DNA from: the human T2T-CHM13v2.0 reference genome, Homo sapiens
Reading direction: 5' to 3' (one strand)
DNA length: 64,000 nucleotides
Assembly (NCBI RefSeq): GCF_009914755.1
Contig: NC_060927.1
Below, piece after piece: positions 1-16,704 of the stretch. A program made the position numbers and the translations under genes. The stretch's first letter is position 1. Each line of letters opens with the position of its first letter. The notes under the pieces are model-generated. The model was not told the DNA's origin and made no database searches. It saw only the letters and a program-made list of their open reading frames with translations.

Positions 1-1980
1 TGCCCCCTCTTTCTAGCTGCCTTTAATATTTTTCCTTTAACTTTGACCTTGTAGAATCTGATGACCATTTCCTTGGGGATAGTCATCCTGGATAGTATCT
101 TGATGGGTTCTCTGAATTTCCTGAATTTGAATGTGAATATGTCTAGCAAGGTTGGTGAAATTTGCATGGTTAATATTCTTAAGTATGTTTTCCAAATTGC
201 TTGCTCTCTCTCCTTCAGGGATGCCAATAAGTCATAGGTTTGGTCTCTTCACAAAATCTCATCTTTCTCAGAGATTCTGTTCATTTTTTAAAATTCTTTT
301 TTCTGTGTTTTGAAATGACTGAGTTGATTCAAAGAATTGGTATTCAGGCTCTGAGATTCTTTCCTCAGCTTAGTCTATTGTGCTGTTAGTATTAGGTTGG
401 TGCAACAGTAATTGTGGTTTTTGCTATTTAAAAGTAATGACAAAAACTGCAATTACTTTTGCACCAACTAATACTTCTAATTGTATTAAGAAATTCTTTA
501 GTGAGTTTTTCAACTCTATCAAATCAATTTGATTCTTTTCTAAAATGGCTATTTTGTCTTTCAGCTCTTGAATCCTTTTACTGGATTTCTTAGATTCCTT
601 AGATTGGGTTTCAACTTTCTCCTGAATTTCGATGATCTTCATTGCCATCCAGATTTTGAATTCTATGTCTGTCATTTCAGCCATTTAATTCTGGTTAAGA
701 ACCACTGCTGGGAAGCTAATGCAGTCATTTGGAGGTAAGAAGACACTGGCTTTTTGAGTTGCCAGAGATCTTGTGCTGGTTCCTTCTCATCTGTGTGAGC
801 TGATGTTTCCTTAATCTTTGAAGTTGCCATTCTTCCAATAGGGCTTTTTGCTTTTGTATTCTTTGATGCCCTTGAGGGTTTGACTGTGGTATAAGTTGGG
901 TTTAGTTCACTGGCTTTATTTCTTAATAATTTCAGTGGGCCAAGGCTCTCAGCATTCGTGGGCTGTGTGCTCTAACCCTGGGGGCTGAGACCAGGCCCAC
1001 AGCTTTGTTCTCTGCCTCCTTGAGGTTAAGTACCTGCTGTGCTAAAGGATCTGAGATGTCCCTGCTGGCAACACCACTCTGATGCAGGGGATGCCTGCAA
1101 AAGCACTTCATTGAGGGGGTGGCAATAGGGTCAAAGCACATGCAGACAACAGCATGGCAGCAGCGGGGTGGTGGACTGTGCACATGCATGCGCTAGTGGT
1201 AGGACAGCAGCAGTGCAGTTCACACACGCATGTGCATACACCAGCAAAGTGCTGGGGGAAGGCTGCAAGCAGATGCACACTGGCTGGAGTCCATCTGCAA
1301 AAGCTCTCTGATGGTTAGGCAGTGTCTACCAGCAAAAGAGCTATGGTGGTGGCCACTGAGAAGCACCCCAGTTAGGTATCTGAGGCTGTGTTGCAAGTGG
1401 GTGCAGCCACACATGAACCCTGGGAGAGGCTAGCAGACAAGAGACACTCAAATCAGACTGGCCCTGTCCCATGTGGCAAGATAGACCTGTTCTGTCCAGG
1501 TCCAACAGTCAACAAAGGCCAAAGCTACCTGAAGGAGCAAGGGAAGCCTTGGGGAATGGGTGTCCCTGTCCATGTTCTACTGCAGCTATTCCTGAGCCAA
1601 ACTATGAGCTCCATGCAGGCTGGATTCCTGTTCCCGCCAACTCTCCAAGCAGCTCTCCCTTCCAGCTCAAATGTTCATGGGGCTATAAAGTCTCCTGCAG
1701 CTAGGATTCTAGAGGTCTTTGGTGAGAAGGGGCCACTCCATACCTATTTAACTCACATTTTCCCCAGGAGCTACTCGGGATCAGAAACGAGATCTAGTGC
1801 TCAGTAACCCAATGCAGGTTTCCCAGCTTCTTCACCCTTCAGCTTACCATCTGCATCGTCCTCTGTCCACATTCAAGGCCTTCCTTTCAACAACCTGCTT
1901 GGAGGGTGCCAACTTTCTTGCTGGTCTGGTCTTCCGGTGGGAGAAGCTCTTCCTGGCTGTGTCTAGTCGGCTCCTCTTTT
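1..1980 (-). mobile_element. L1 5' portion (5'UTR plus ORF1 N-terminus), old primate L1PA13-16/L1PREC2-like; continues off the left edge
   Basis: ORF 424..684(-) MAEMTDIEFKIWMAMKIIEIQEKVETQSKE... is the L1 ORF1p coiled coil. The reverse complement near 1980 (aagaggagccgactagacacagccagg) resembles the L1 5' terminus, and 930-1970 is a GC-richer 5'UTR. Confidence 0.85.
392..471. mobile_element. MADE1 (Hsmar1-derived 80-bp MITE) inserted in L1 ORF1
   Basis: Palindrome ttaggttggtgcaacagtaattgtggttttt...aaaaactgcaattacttttgcaccaactaa, with TA on both sides (390-391, 472-473). Confidence 0.93.
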
Positions 1981-3397
1981 TGATTACTCTGAATTTAAAA
2001 CATAGTTTTGATTAGAAAATGGAATCCTTCATTTAGAGTAGTTACAAAATTTTCAGTTTATAGACCTCCATTTAGGGATAGTTGTAAATATTTCAATTTA
2101 TAGATAAAAAACAGAAAGTATAGAGTGACTAATAGACAACTAGGATTTACACTTACAGCTTTGCACTCCATCTCCTGTAAATTTTGGAGTTTCAGCTTTT
2201 CATAAACATTTACTAGTGCCCTCTGGTGACAGTATACATAAGAATAAATATGTGTAACACAGGCTCCTCTTCTCATAATGCTGCTTTTCTTTAGAAAATG
2301 GAAATTGAGATTATTTAGATAAGAATGAAACTGACTTCACTCTTCCTGGCCTCTTTCCACTGAATGAAACATGTGAATTTATATATTTTCCTCTTTTCCA
2401 TTGGTTTCTATTTCTCATAATTCTAAACATTGAATAATCAGCTTGGAAATTATGCAGTGATACCAAGAATATTCCCCTGTACATCTTATATCTTCAGCTT
2501 TTGTGTTTTTTTTTCAGCCTATTTTCATCTTTTTACTTCCTTCATGAGGAAAGGAAAGGACAGGAGGACACAAATGTGCTTATTTATATCCCTACTTTCT
2601 TTCATACTACAGAACACCCACTGACCTCAGGCTACCCTCATATGAATACATAGCGTCTATTTGCAATGCACCTCTCCCCTACTCCCTATAGTCCAGTCTG
2701 AGTCTCATCTAGCAACAACAACAAATGCCCCAGAGCTACCACAAATGAACAGTGACTACCAATCTGATGGAAACATTATAAAAGATTTTTATTTATTTGT
2801 CTTTCTCTAATAAAGATTCTTATTTTAATATTTAAAAAATTCCATTGAATTATTGGAAAGACAATGAAGGTTATAAAATTACCATTTGCGCCATTATAAT
2901 TTTGATGAAAATATTAATAGTAACTTTATCCACCTCTTCCAAAGAAGGACAGAAAAAAAGATAGTGGCCTGGAATCTTGAGGAAGGGGAAATATGAACTA
3001 CTATGGCCTCTCTTGAGATAAGCCTCTTCTAAAATGGTATTAGTATCCTTTATTCCTTTGGCAACAGCCTGCAGCATTCCTTAAATAATAACTGGCCCAC
3101 CAGTGAAAGAGTCATATACCTTCTATAGGACAAGTGAGCCTGCCAGTCTGTTTGCTTCTGTCTCATTCATTTGCTAAACCACATGGTTTGATTTTCCTTA
3201 GTATGGGTTAGGACAGAGTAGGGAGATAGAAGAATACTGGGAACATAAAATCGTTCTGTGTTGTTTTTTATTGTTTCAGCTTTATATTTGTTTTAAAACC
3301 TGCTGTACATAGTTCTGGTTTTTGTTGGTGGTGGTTTATTGTTTCAACTTTATATTTGATTAAAAACTGCCATGGACTTTCTTACATTTAAAGGATC

Positions 3398-3686
3398 AGT
3401 GTTAAAGTCTCCCAGCGGATTTCCACCAAACATTAGTCCCATGAAATGCCCCATGAAATAAAGATTCTGTAGCCATATAAACTTGGGAAATAGTACAACT
3501 ATACCTCCCTCCTGGAGATTCACAAGGCAAGGTAGAAACTTAAAGTTTCAGAGTAGTCATATAAGAAAGAAAACAGTTTAATTTTATTAACTCGGTGTTA
3601 CCCAAGTTTACTTGACCACATTGTTTTTTCATATAACACTTGAGCATCAAGCTAGTGTTCAAAGACTATACTTTTGGAAATGCTGA
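3398..3686. mobile_element. Old hAT-Charlie MITE, MER103C-like
   Basis: Motifs ggagattcacaa and cccaagtttacttgaccaca, and a terminal cttttggaaatgctg, recalled from the MER103 consensus. Confidence 0.5.
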
Positions 3687-3810
3687 CTTTAAAGGCTCAT
3701 AAGCCAGCAGGTTTTATCATGTACTATTTCAGTATGAGTTATTTTCCCATTTAACTGTTATTCTATGTACATGTTTGTTTGTTTACAAATTCATGGAAAT
3801 AAATCTAGAC

Positions 3811-4023
3811 CAGTAGTTTCCAACCACAGATCATCTTGCCCCCCAGGGACACTTGATGATGTCTGAAGATATGTTTGGTTGTCACAACTTGGCAGTTGCT
3901 AATAATATCTAGTTGGTATGGGGTCAGGAATGATGCTAAAGATCTCACAATGGATAGGACAGTTCCCCATAACAAAGAATCATCTGGCTTACATGTCAAT
4001 AGTACCATGATTGTGAAATTATC
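3811..4023 (+). mobile_element. MER20 (hAT-Charlie)
   Basis: Matches MER20 (gccccccagggac...tttggttgtcacaact...aacaaagaat...tgtcaatagt). Perfect 8-bp TSD atctagac at 3803-3810 and 4024-4031. Confidence 0.9.
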
Positions 4024-4870
4024 ATCTAGACAGTGGTTAACTCTGAGAAGTAGGATTGCAGGTAGGGGTGAAAAGAGAAAGGTTCACTTTTGATTTTATA
4101 CAAGAATACTTTATTTACTTTTATAGTTAAAAATATAATTAATCAATGTATATATGTCATAGAAAAGTTTAAAAACACACCAAAGATAAATTTAAAATTA
4201 CCCTGACATAAACATTGTTGAATGCTGTTAGAAATACTACAATACAAACGTACATTCTAACCCCATATTCCACCCAGATTTCTAGAAATAGAAAAATACT
4301 ATTAATAAATCCACAACAGCCTAGAATAACAATAGGGGATGGTTGTGTCAGTCTCAAAAGCATATAAAAAAATCTCTGAAATATAGGAGGCAAGGGAGGT
4401 TACCAAAGGAGGAAATCAGAGCTCCAAATTAATAGATGTGCAGAAGTAGCTTAAAAGGTACTTCAAGTCAAAGGTAGCATACGTGGGGAGCAGGAGGAGG
4501 TCTGTAGAAAACAGCAAGGTGATTTTGGGGAATCCACGGAAAGTGCAGACAGTTAGGTCTCACTTTTCCTATCCTGCCCGTTTATCTAATGCTGAGCAGC
4601 AGAGGACTCAGGTCCCAAACAAAAGCAATGAGTGTGGAGTGTCTTTAGTCCTGAGAGGCAGGTTAGTGCCCAGAATAGATGGAAACTCTCCGAAGGTATG
4701 AAGAGACCCCATACCTAGAATATCTCACTCACTCTACAGCCTATACCACCTCTCCCCAACAATTGTTAGTTGTAGGTTAAAGTTTGAAAAAGAAATACAC
4801 AGCATTCATACATAGAACAAGAGAGAATCTAAAATAAGATTCTAAAAATATATGTACATTAAGAATTTGA

Positions 4871-5509
<639 letters not shown>

Positions 5510-6147
5510 TCACAATGACAGATGCTACAGCAAATTCACATTAGAGGAGTATGTCTTCACCTAAGGCAATTGGTGGAGGCTTCAATTTGTTGAAATACAG
5601 TAGTTGACATTGACTAAGGTGTAATTTTAAATTTAATGTAATATAGTTATGATGGGTGCTGTGAATATGTTTTAGGAATATCTCAACCAATTTTCCTTAC
5701 TTACATATTTTTCTGTGTATAAGAGTGATATATAATAAAACCTATGTTGAAATAAGCCAAAAATTATTTCCATAAAATTAAAAATCAAGGTGAAAAAGTA
5801 TTGTGTCATCGTTTCATTGATAGTATTTTTGTTCTTTCATAGTGACATATGAAATAATGGCATCTTATATAACACAAAATAGATATAAAAGCCATAAATT
5901 AAATATTAGCAAACTAGATCCATTAATATATGAAAAATATATTATATCTAAGTTGGGTTTAATTCCAAAAATGCAAGGTTGTTTTAACTTAAGAAATCAA
6001 TTAATGTAATTCACCATATTAGCAGATTAAAAAAGAAATAGCATTTGATCTTCTACCTAAGTGAAGAAAAAAGGCTCTTCAGAAAATCTAACATTCAGGC
6101 ATGATAATATTCATGGCTAAGAATAGAAGAGAATCTCTTTAAGCTAG

Positions 6148-7020
6148 TGTGATGGTTAATACTGAGTGTCAACTTGATTGGATTGAAGGATGCAAAGTAT
6201 GGTTGCTGGGAGTGTCTGTGAGGGTGTTGCCAAAGGAGATTAACATTTGAATCAGTGGACTGGGAGAGGGAGACCCACCCTCAATCTGGGTGGGCGTGAT
6301 TTAATCAGTTGCCAGCAGGCTAGGCTAAAAGCAGGCAGAGGAAGTGGAAGGATTAGACTGGCTAAGTCTTCTGGCCTCCGTCTTTCTCCCATGCTGGATG
6401 CTTTCTGCCCTCAAACATCGGACTCCAAGTTCTTCAGCTTTTGGACTCTTGAACCTACACCAGTCATTTGCCAGGAGCCCTCAGGCCTTTGGTCACAGAC
6501 TGAAGGCTGCACTGTCAGCTTCCCTACTTTTGAGTTTTTTGGACTCAAGACTGCTCCTCAGCTTGCAGAGAGCCTATTGTGGTACTTCACCTTGTGATCA
6601 TGTGAGTCAATACTCCTTAATAAACTCCTTTTCTTTCTCTTTTTCTTTTTCTTTTTCTTTTTTTTTTTTTTGAGACGGAGTCTCGCTCTGTCGCCCAGGC
6701 TGCAGTGCAGTGGCGTGATCTCGGCTCACTGTAAGCTCTGCCTCCCGGGTTCACGCCATTCTCCTGCCTCAGCCTCCTGAGTAACTGGGACTACAGGTGC
6801 CTGCCACCAAGTCCAGCTAATTTTTTTGTATTTTTAGTTAGAGAAGGGGTTTCACTGTGTTAGCCAGGATTGTCTCAATCTTCTGACCTCGTGATCCACC
6901 CGCCTCGGCCTCCCAAAGTGCTGGGATTACAGGCGTGAGCCACTGCGCCCGGCTAAACTCCCTTTCATATATGAACTTATCCTCTTAGTCCTGTCCCTCT
7001 AGAGAACCCTGACTAATACA
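6148..7020 (+). mobile_element. MLT2A1/A2 solo LTR (HERV-L), split by AluY
   Basis: Begins tgtgatggttaatactgagtgtcaacttgattggattgaagg and ends agagaaccctgactaataca. Confidence 0.9.
6631..6953 (-). mobile_element. AluY
   Basis: Reverse Alu with Y diagnostics (gggttcacgccattctcc). TSD taaactcc. Confidence 0.9.
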
Positions 7021-7132
7021 CGTAGTAATGGATGTTTACAAATAAATAAACAAAAAGCTGCTGTAAAATTATGCATTATAAAACTCTTGAAAGCTTTCTC
7101 TTTGAAATCAAGAACAAAACAAATATGACTAG

Positions 7133-7542
7133 TAATGTAGTTTGGATGTTTGACATCTTATCAGATCTCATGTTGAAATTTGACCTCCAATGTTAGAGGT
7201 GAGGCCTGGTGGGGGGTATTTGGATTCTGGGAGCAGATTCCTTATTAATGGCTTGGTGTCCTTCTCGAAGTGGTAAGTTCTCACTATTCATTACCACCAT
7301 AACTGATTGTTAAAAAGAGCCAAGCATCGCCCTTCCCTCTCTGTTTATTCCTCTCTTACCATGAGATCCCCACTCCCCTTTGCCTTCCACGAGTGGAAGC
7401 TTCCTGAGACCCTCACCAGAAACAAATGCTGACACCATGCTTCTTGTACAGTCTGAAAAACCATAAGCCAAATTAACCTCTTTTATTTATAAATTATCCA
7501 GCTTCAGATATTCCTGTATAGCAACACAAATGGACTAAGATA
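7133..7542 (+). mobile_element. MSTB-type MaLR solo LTR
   Basis: tagtttggatgtttg...tctcatgttgaaatttga...gcaacacaaatggactaagata. Confidence 0.8.
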
Positions 7543-8112
7543 CCTACTGTCACCACTACAATTCCACATTGTATGAGGATTTTAGCTAGCATAATAAAGC
7601 ACAAAAAAGTGTTAATGTTCTGGAAGGAAGAAACTAAACTTGATACTTACACATGAAATAAGTGTGATGTAAAAATTCTAAAACTATCTACAGATAATTT
7701 TAAAATAAGTAGGAGAGTTTAGTAGAATTGCTGGAAATAAAATCAGTTTACAGAAATAAATTGCTATATTTCTATATGCCTTTAACAAATAGTTATTTTT
7801 AATAGCATTAAGCACACAGAATACCTAAAAACAAATCTTATGAAGAATTTTGGAGACATTGATGGAGAAAACTATACAATTTTATTAATGGATATAATAA
7901 TTTATTATAAATAATTTATTTTACTAATGGTTATAAGTCCTAAATAAATGAAAAGATATATCATCTCATTAAGCAGAACACTCAATATTTAAATATGTAA
8001 ATGTTCTCCAATTAATTTAATTTAGATTCAATTAAAAGCCAATAATCTCAACTTGTTTTTGTGAATCTTGACAAGTTAATTTTAAGATTAATGTAAAAAT
8101 ATTTAGGATCTC

Positions 8113-8435
8113 TGCTGGGCGTAGTGGCTCACACCTGTAATCCCAGCACTTTGGGAGGCCAAGGTGGGCAGATCACCTGAGGTCAGGAGTTCGAGACCAG
8201 CCTGGCCAACATGGCAAGACCCCATCTCTACTAAAAATACAAAAATTAGCCAGGCATGGTGGCACATGCCTGTAATCCCAGCTACTCGGGAGGCTGAGGC
8301 AGGAGAATTGCTTGAACCTGGGAGGCAGAGTTGCAGTGAGCCGAGATCACGCCACTGCACTCCAGCCTGGGCAACGGAGTAAGACTCTGTCTCAAAAAAA
8401 AAAAAAGTATATATATATACACACACACATATATA
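8113..8435 (+). mobile_element. AluSx with (TA)n(CA)n(TA)n tail
   Basis: Full dimer with gatcacctgaggtcaggagttcgagacc, flanked by a ~68-bp direct repeat (see findings). Confidence 0.92.
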
Positions 8436-9721
8436 TGATCTCAACTTACTTTTTGTGAATCTTGACAAGCTAATTCTAAAATTAATGAAAAAATATATAG
8501 GATCAAGAATAGCCAAACACTTTATAAAAGAAGAGGAAAGATTTGCTTTACCCAATAGCAGGACTTATTTATTACAAAATGACTGTAGTTAAAGCTACGT
8601 TAAGTATTGGTGTAGGAACGGATAAGTAGATTGATGAACAGAATAGAGCCCAAACACACTCTACAGATATTTGAAGATACACTACAGATATTTGGTGGTG
8701 AGCCCACTGAGTAGCCACATGGAAAAAAGTAAAATTGTATCTCTATCTCGCACCAAACACAAACACCAACTGCAAGAGTAATAAAGACTCAATCATAAAT
8801 GACAAACTAAGAAGCTCTAAGAAGTGAGGAGAATGCCTTCATGATTTTGGAATGGGGAAAAGTTTCATAACCAAGACACAAAGAGAACTAAGTATTTTTT
8901 GAGTATTAAGAAGTGAGACCACATTAAAATTAAAAACTTCAGTTCATCATATGCCACTATAAAAGAGTGAAAATACAAGCTGCAGAGTAGGATAAGATAT
9001 TTGCAACACATATAACTAAAAAGTACTTCTATTCAGAAAACACAAGGAACTCCTAAAAATTAGTAAGAAAAAACTGAAATACAAATTTTTAAAATGGGAA
9101 AAAGTCTAGAACTTCACAAAATGGAAACTTCAAATTATCAATAAACATATGACAAAATATTAACTGTCAGCAGTAATCAAGGAAATGCAAATTAAAACCA
9201 GTATGAAGTAGCTTTGGGTACCCATCAAATTGACAAAAATAAAACTTCTGACAATATCAAACGTTGGCAAGGATGTGAAACAAAGGAAATTCTATACATC
9301 GTTGATGGTCTGTGAATTGTCTACTAAAGTTTGAAAATTAATTTAGCATTTTAGTAAAGTCAAAGATATGCAAACTCTATGCCCTAGCAGTTTTTCTTCT
9401 ACATACATCTTTTAAAGAAATTCTTATATACGTGCACCAACATAGTGGTACAGAATATTCTTAGCAACATTGTTTGTAAGAGTAAAAAACTGTAAAACAA
9501 CCCAAATCTTATAAAATATTGATGAATAAATAAGTTTGTGGCACAGTGCTACAACTGAATACTACAACACAATGAAAATGAATATAACTGAAACCCCACA
9601 CTACCATGTGAATAGATCACAAAACCTAATATTGACATAAAACAAGTCCAAAATATGATTCTATTTATGTGAAATCAAAAGTTCAAAAATAGGCAAAACC
9701 AGACTATAGTGCTTAGGATGA

Positions 9722-10129
9722 TGTTATGAGTTGAATTTTGCTCCCCTAACATATCTGTTGAAGTCCTCACTCCCAGCATCTGTGAATGCAACCTTATTTG
9801 GAAATGGGGCATTTGCAGATGTAATCAAGCTAAGATGAGATCATTAGGGTGGACTGTAATCCAATACGACTGATGTCTTTATTAGAAAAGGAAAGAAAAA
9901 CACATAAGACGACCAGGTTATGATGAAAGCAGGGATTGGAGTTATGCTGCCACAAGTCAAGAAATGCCTGGGGCTACCAGAAGGTGGAAAAGGCAAAGAA
10001 GGGTCCTTCCATAGATGCTTTAGATACAGCATGGTTCTGCCAACACCTAAATTTCAGACCCAAAACTATGAGAAAATAAAATTATTTTGTTTCTGATATT
10101 TGTTAAAGCACTCCTGGGAAACTAATGCA
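9722..10129 (+). mobile_element. MLT1B-type MaLR solo LTR
   Basis: tgttatgagttgaatt...ccttatttggaaat...tttgcagatgtaatcaag...ggaaactaatgca. Confidence 0.8.
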
Positions 10130-10259
10130 CGTAAAAAAATTATAAATAAATTTTTTAAAGCAAAAAATTTAATATCTCAAAAAGCAGAATAGCGTTTACC
10201 TCTAGAGCCTCCAGAGGCCAGGAATTGGTGCTGATACATATCTTTCCTATCTGGTTATT

Positions 10260-10560
10260 GTTAAGATGCTCTCTTTTTGTTTGAAGTTTGTAATTTAACT
10301 ATGATTTGTCTCGGTGTGGATATCTCTTTGTCTTGCTTGATATTCTTAGACTTCCAATATCTGAGACAAGTGTCTTTCATGCATTTAGAAATATTCTTAA
10401 CCATTATCTCTCCTAATATTACTTTTCCTTCCTCCTCCCTATTCTCTCCTTCAGGAATTCTGACTGGATACATGATCGATCACATGCTACCTTCCAGATA
10501 TTTTCTATTTTCTACATCATTGTCTTTCTGTGCTGTATTCCATGTAATTTCTTCATATTT
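10260..10560 (-). mobile_element. Old L1/HAL1 ORF1 fragment
   Basis: ORF 10261..10473(-) IPEGENREE...GEIMVKN...STPRQIIVKL resembles ORF1p RRM motifs. Confidence 0.7.
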
Positions 10561-10579
10561 TGCCATTTTGCAACCATCA

Positions 10580-11700
10580 CGGTAATCACTGGTTTGGGCA
10601 ATTATCATCAATGAATGTGGATCCTTCATGAATACCTAGAAAAGAGGAGAGTTTGAGGGGAAACTGGCTAATTGCATGATCTCAAAAAGTTTCTCTCAAG
10701 GCTATGTATTAGTCGCAAAGGGGAAAGCAGTAACTATATTGTGGCGAAACTAGAAAACATCTAGATTGCATGATCAAAATTAACATCAATGAGGAATAAA
10801 TGACGTTATGTGCCACCAGATGTGATTTTTTTGAGACAGGGTCTCACTCCCATCCCCCAGGCAGAAATGCAGTGGAGTAACCACAGCTCATTGCAGCCTT
10901 GACCTCCCAGGCTCAAGCAATCATCGTCCCACTTTATTTTTTAACTTTTTCATAGAGATGAGGTCTCACTTGCCCAGGCTTGTCTCGAACTCTTGGGCTC
11001 AAGCGATTCTCCTGCCTCAGCCTCCCAAAGTGCTGGGATTACAAGCATGAGCCACCATGCCTGGCCCAGATGTGATATTTTGAGAAGGATGTAATGCCAC
11101 TTATTTAGTAGTCTGATCTGTGATGTATAATCTGAACTAAATCATGAAGAAACAATGAAACTTTCTCACCTAGTGTTTCATGAAAAATGTAAGCCTTACA
11201 GAAAATGACTTGAGTGACTATTTTCTCAATTTTCCATCCTAGATGCGTAGGAGAGAGGTTAATTCATTCTACACAATGTATGCTTCAGGGCTTAGTTCTC
11301 CTGAGGAAACTCAGTTAAAAAGGGATGGCTCACACAAATTCAAATTGAGGCATTCTATTATAAATAGCCCATATTCTTCAAAAATATTAATGTCAACAAA
11401 GACAAAGAAAGGCTGGTGAACTATTGCAGATTCAAGGAGATGTGACAACCAAATGCAATATGTAATCCCGGACTGAATGCTTTCCTGGAAAAAAAAGTTA
11501 TCAAAGACAACATTGAGACAATTGACAAAACTGTAATATAGACAGTAGATTAAAGTATTATGTCAATGTTAAATTCCCATAATTTGATAGCTATACTGCT
11601 GTCATATAGATATTGTCATTCACAGTAAATACACAGACAGTTTAAGATGGTAAAGAGGTATGATATATGCCGCCTACTCTCAAGTAGTTCAGAAAATAAT
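10580..11700 (+). mobile_element. L1MC-type 3'UTR fragment
   Basis: Motifs atcaaaattaacatca, ctaaatcatgaagaaac and caaccaaatgcaatatgtaatcc are typical of L1MC4/5 3' ends. Confidence 0.65.
10826..11066 (-). mobile_element. AluJ with internal deletion
   Basis: J diagnostics (gcagccttgacctcccaggctcaagcaatc). TSD cagatgtgat. Confidence 0.85.
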
Positions 11701-11774
11701 TACATATACACATCCACACAACATCAGCTGTATTTCTTAAAGTAAGTACAATATTGGTGTTCAACCTTCCCAGT

Positions 11775-12960
<1,186 letters not shown>

Positions 12961-13238
12961 AAAACAGAAAGGAGATGCAAGGAGGCATTAAATATGATTC
13001 TCTTGACGTCTACAGATCAAGTTGATGGAAAATAAAGATATTAAAAAATTTGGGTTATATCACTAGTGGTTTGCACTAATAATTTCATATAAAACTTTTC
13101 ACTGCCAAAAATGAAAATACGTGATCACATATAGGCCAGTTAGAAAATCTCAAAACATTTGAAAAGCAGACAGACAGCATACAGACTAAATTTATATATG
13201 TGTACATATATAGCCTATTTGAAAATTATAAAATCCGG

Positions 13239-13671
<433 letters not shown>

Positions 13672-13999
13672 CTACATGTCTGTTTTAATGCCAGTACCAT
13701 GCTGATTTGGTTACTATAGTAGTAGGTTTTAAAGTCAGGTAGTGTAATGCCTCCAGCTTTGCTCTTTTTGCTCAGGATTGCTTTGGCAATCCAGGGTCTC
13801 TTGTAGTTTCATATAAATTTTGGAATTTATTTTCTATTTCTTTGAAGAATTTCATTGGTAGTTTGATAGAGATTGCATTGAATCTATAAATTGATTTGAG
13901 TAGTGTCATTTTAACAATATTAATTCTTCCAATCCATGAGCATGGAATATCTATTTTTTATGTCCTCTTCAATTTCTTCCATCATTGTTTTATAGTTTT

Positions 14000-14690
<691 letters not shown>

Positions 14691-15785
14691 GTTTTCCCTG
14701 TATAGATCTTTCATTTTGGTTAAATGGAATCCTAGTTTTTTAATATTCTTTGTAGATATTGTAAATGAGATTGCTTTCTCTTTCAGACTGTTTGCTGTTG
14801 GCATATAGAAATGCTACTGATTTTTCTATGTTGATTTTGTATCCTACAACTTTACTGAATTCATTTATAAATTTTAACCATTTTTTTGGTGGAGTCTTTA
14901 GGTTTTTCTAAGTATAAGATCATGTTATCTGTGAACAAGGCTAATTTGACTCTACCTTTTCAATTGGAATGTCATTTTTTTTTCTTTCTCATCCTTAATT
15001 ACTCTAGGCAAGGCTTCCAGTATTGTGCCAAATAAAAGTGATGAAAGTAGGCATCCTTGTCTTGTTCCAGATCTTAAAGGAAAGGCCTTCAATTTTTCCC
15101 TATTTAGTATGATGTTAGCTATGAGTTTATCAAATATGGTCTTTCTTATTTTGAGGTATGTTCCTTCTATACACGGTTTGTTGAGGGTTTGTATCATACC
15201 AGGATGTTGAATTTTATTAAATGCTTTTCTGTCATCTATTGAAATAATCATATGGTTTTTTATTCTTGTTTCTGTTAATGTGATGTATCACACTTATTGA
15301 TTTGCATATGTTTTAAAGCATCCTCACATCCCTGGGATGAATCCCACTTTATCATGGTGAATGATCTTTTTAATGTATTGTTGAATTCACTTTGTTAGTG
15401 TTTTGCTGATTATTTTTTCATCTGTGTGCATCAGTGATGTTGTCCTGTCCTATAGTTTTCTTTTGTTGTGTGCTGGGTTTTGAAATCTGAATAATGCTGG
15501 CCTCATAGAATGAGTTTGGAAGTGTTCTTTTCAATTTTTTGGAAGATTTTGAGAAGGATTGTTATTAGTTCTTTAAATGTTTGATAAAACTCAGCAGTGT
15601 AGCCATCAGATCATGGGCTTTTCACTAGTGGATGACTTTTTGTTACAGTTTCAATCTCATTATTCATTATTGGTTTGTTGAGGTTTTCTATTTATTTATG
15701 GTTCAATGGTGATAGTTTGTATGTGTCCAAAGAGTTATTCATTTCTTCTAGATTTTCCAATTTTTTGTGTATTGTTGTTCATAAT

Positions 15786-16280
<495 letters not shown>

Positions 16281-16301
16281 TAATAGTCTCTCATCATTCT
16301 T

Positions 16302-16704
<403 letters not shown>

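Larger units (their letters stand above)
5880..9720 (+). mobile_element. Ancient L1ME-type ORF2/3' end, interrupted by MLT2A, MSTB and AluSx
   Basis: Degenerate ORF2 motifs (aatgcaaggttg...aaatcaattaatgtaattcaccatatt; ggaaatgcaaattaaaacca) are colinear across the insertions. Confidence 0.75.

Noticed and set aside
932-2015. Cluster of overlapping 64-139 aa ORFs
   Set aside because: They lie in the GC-richer L1 5'UTR and show no recognisable protein similarity; these are chance ORFs.
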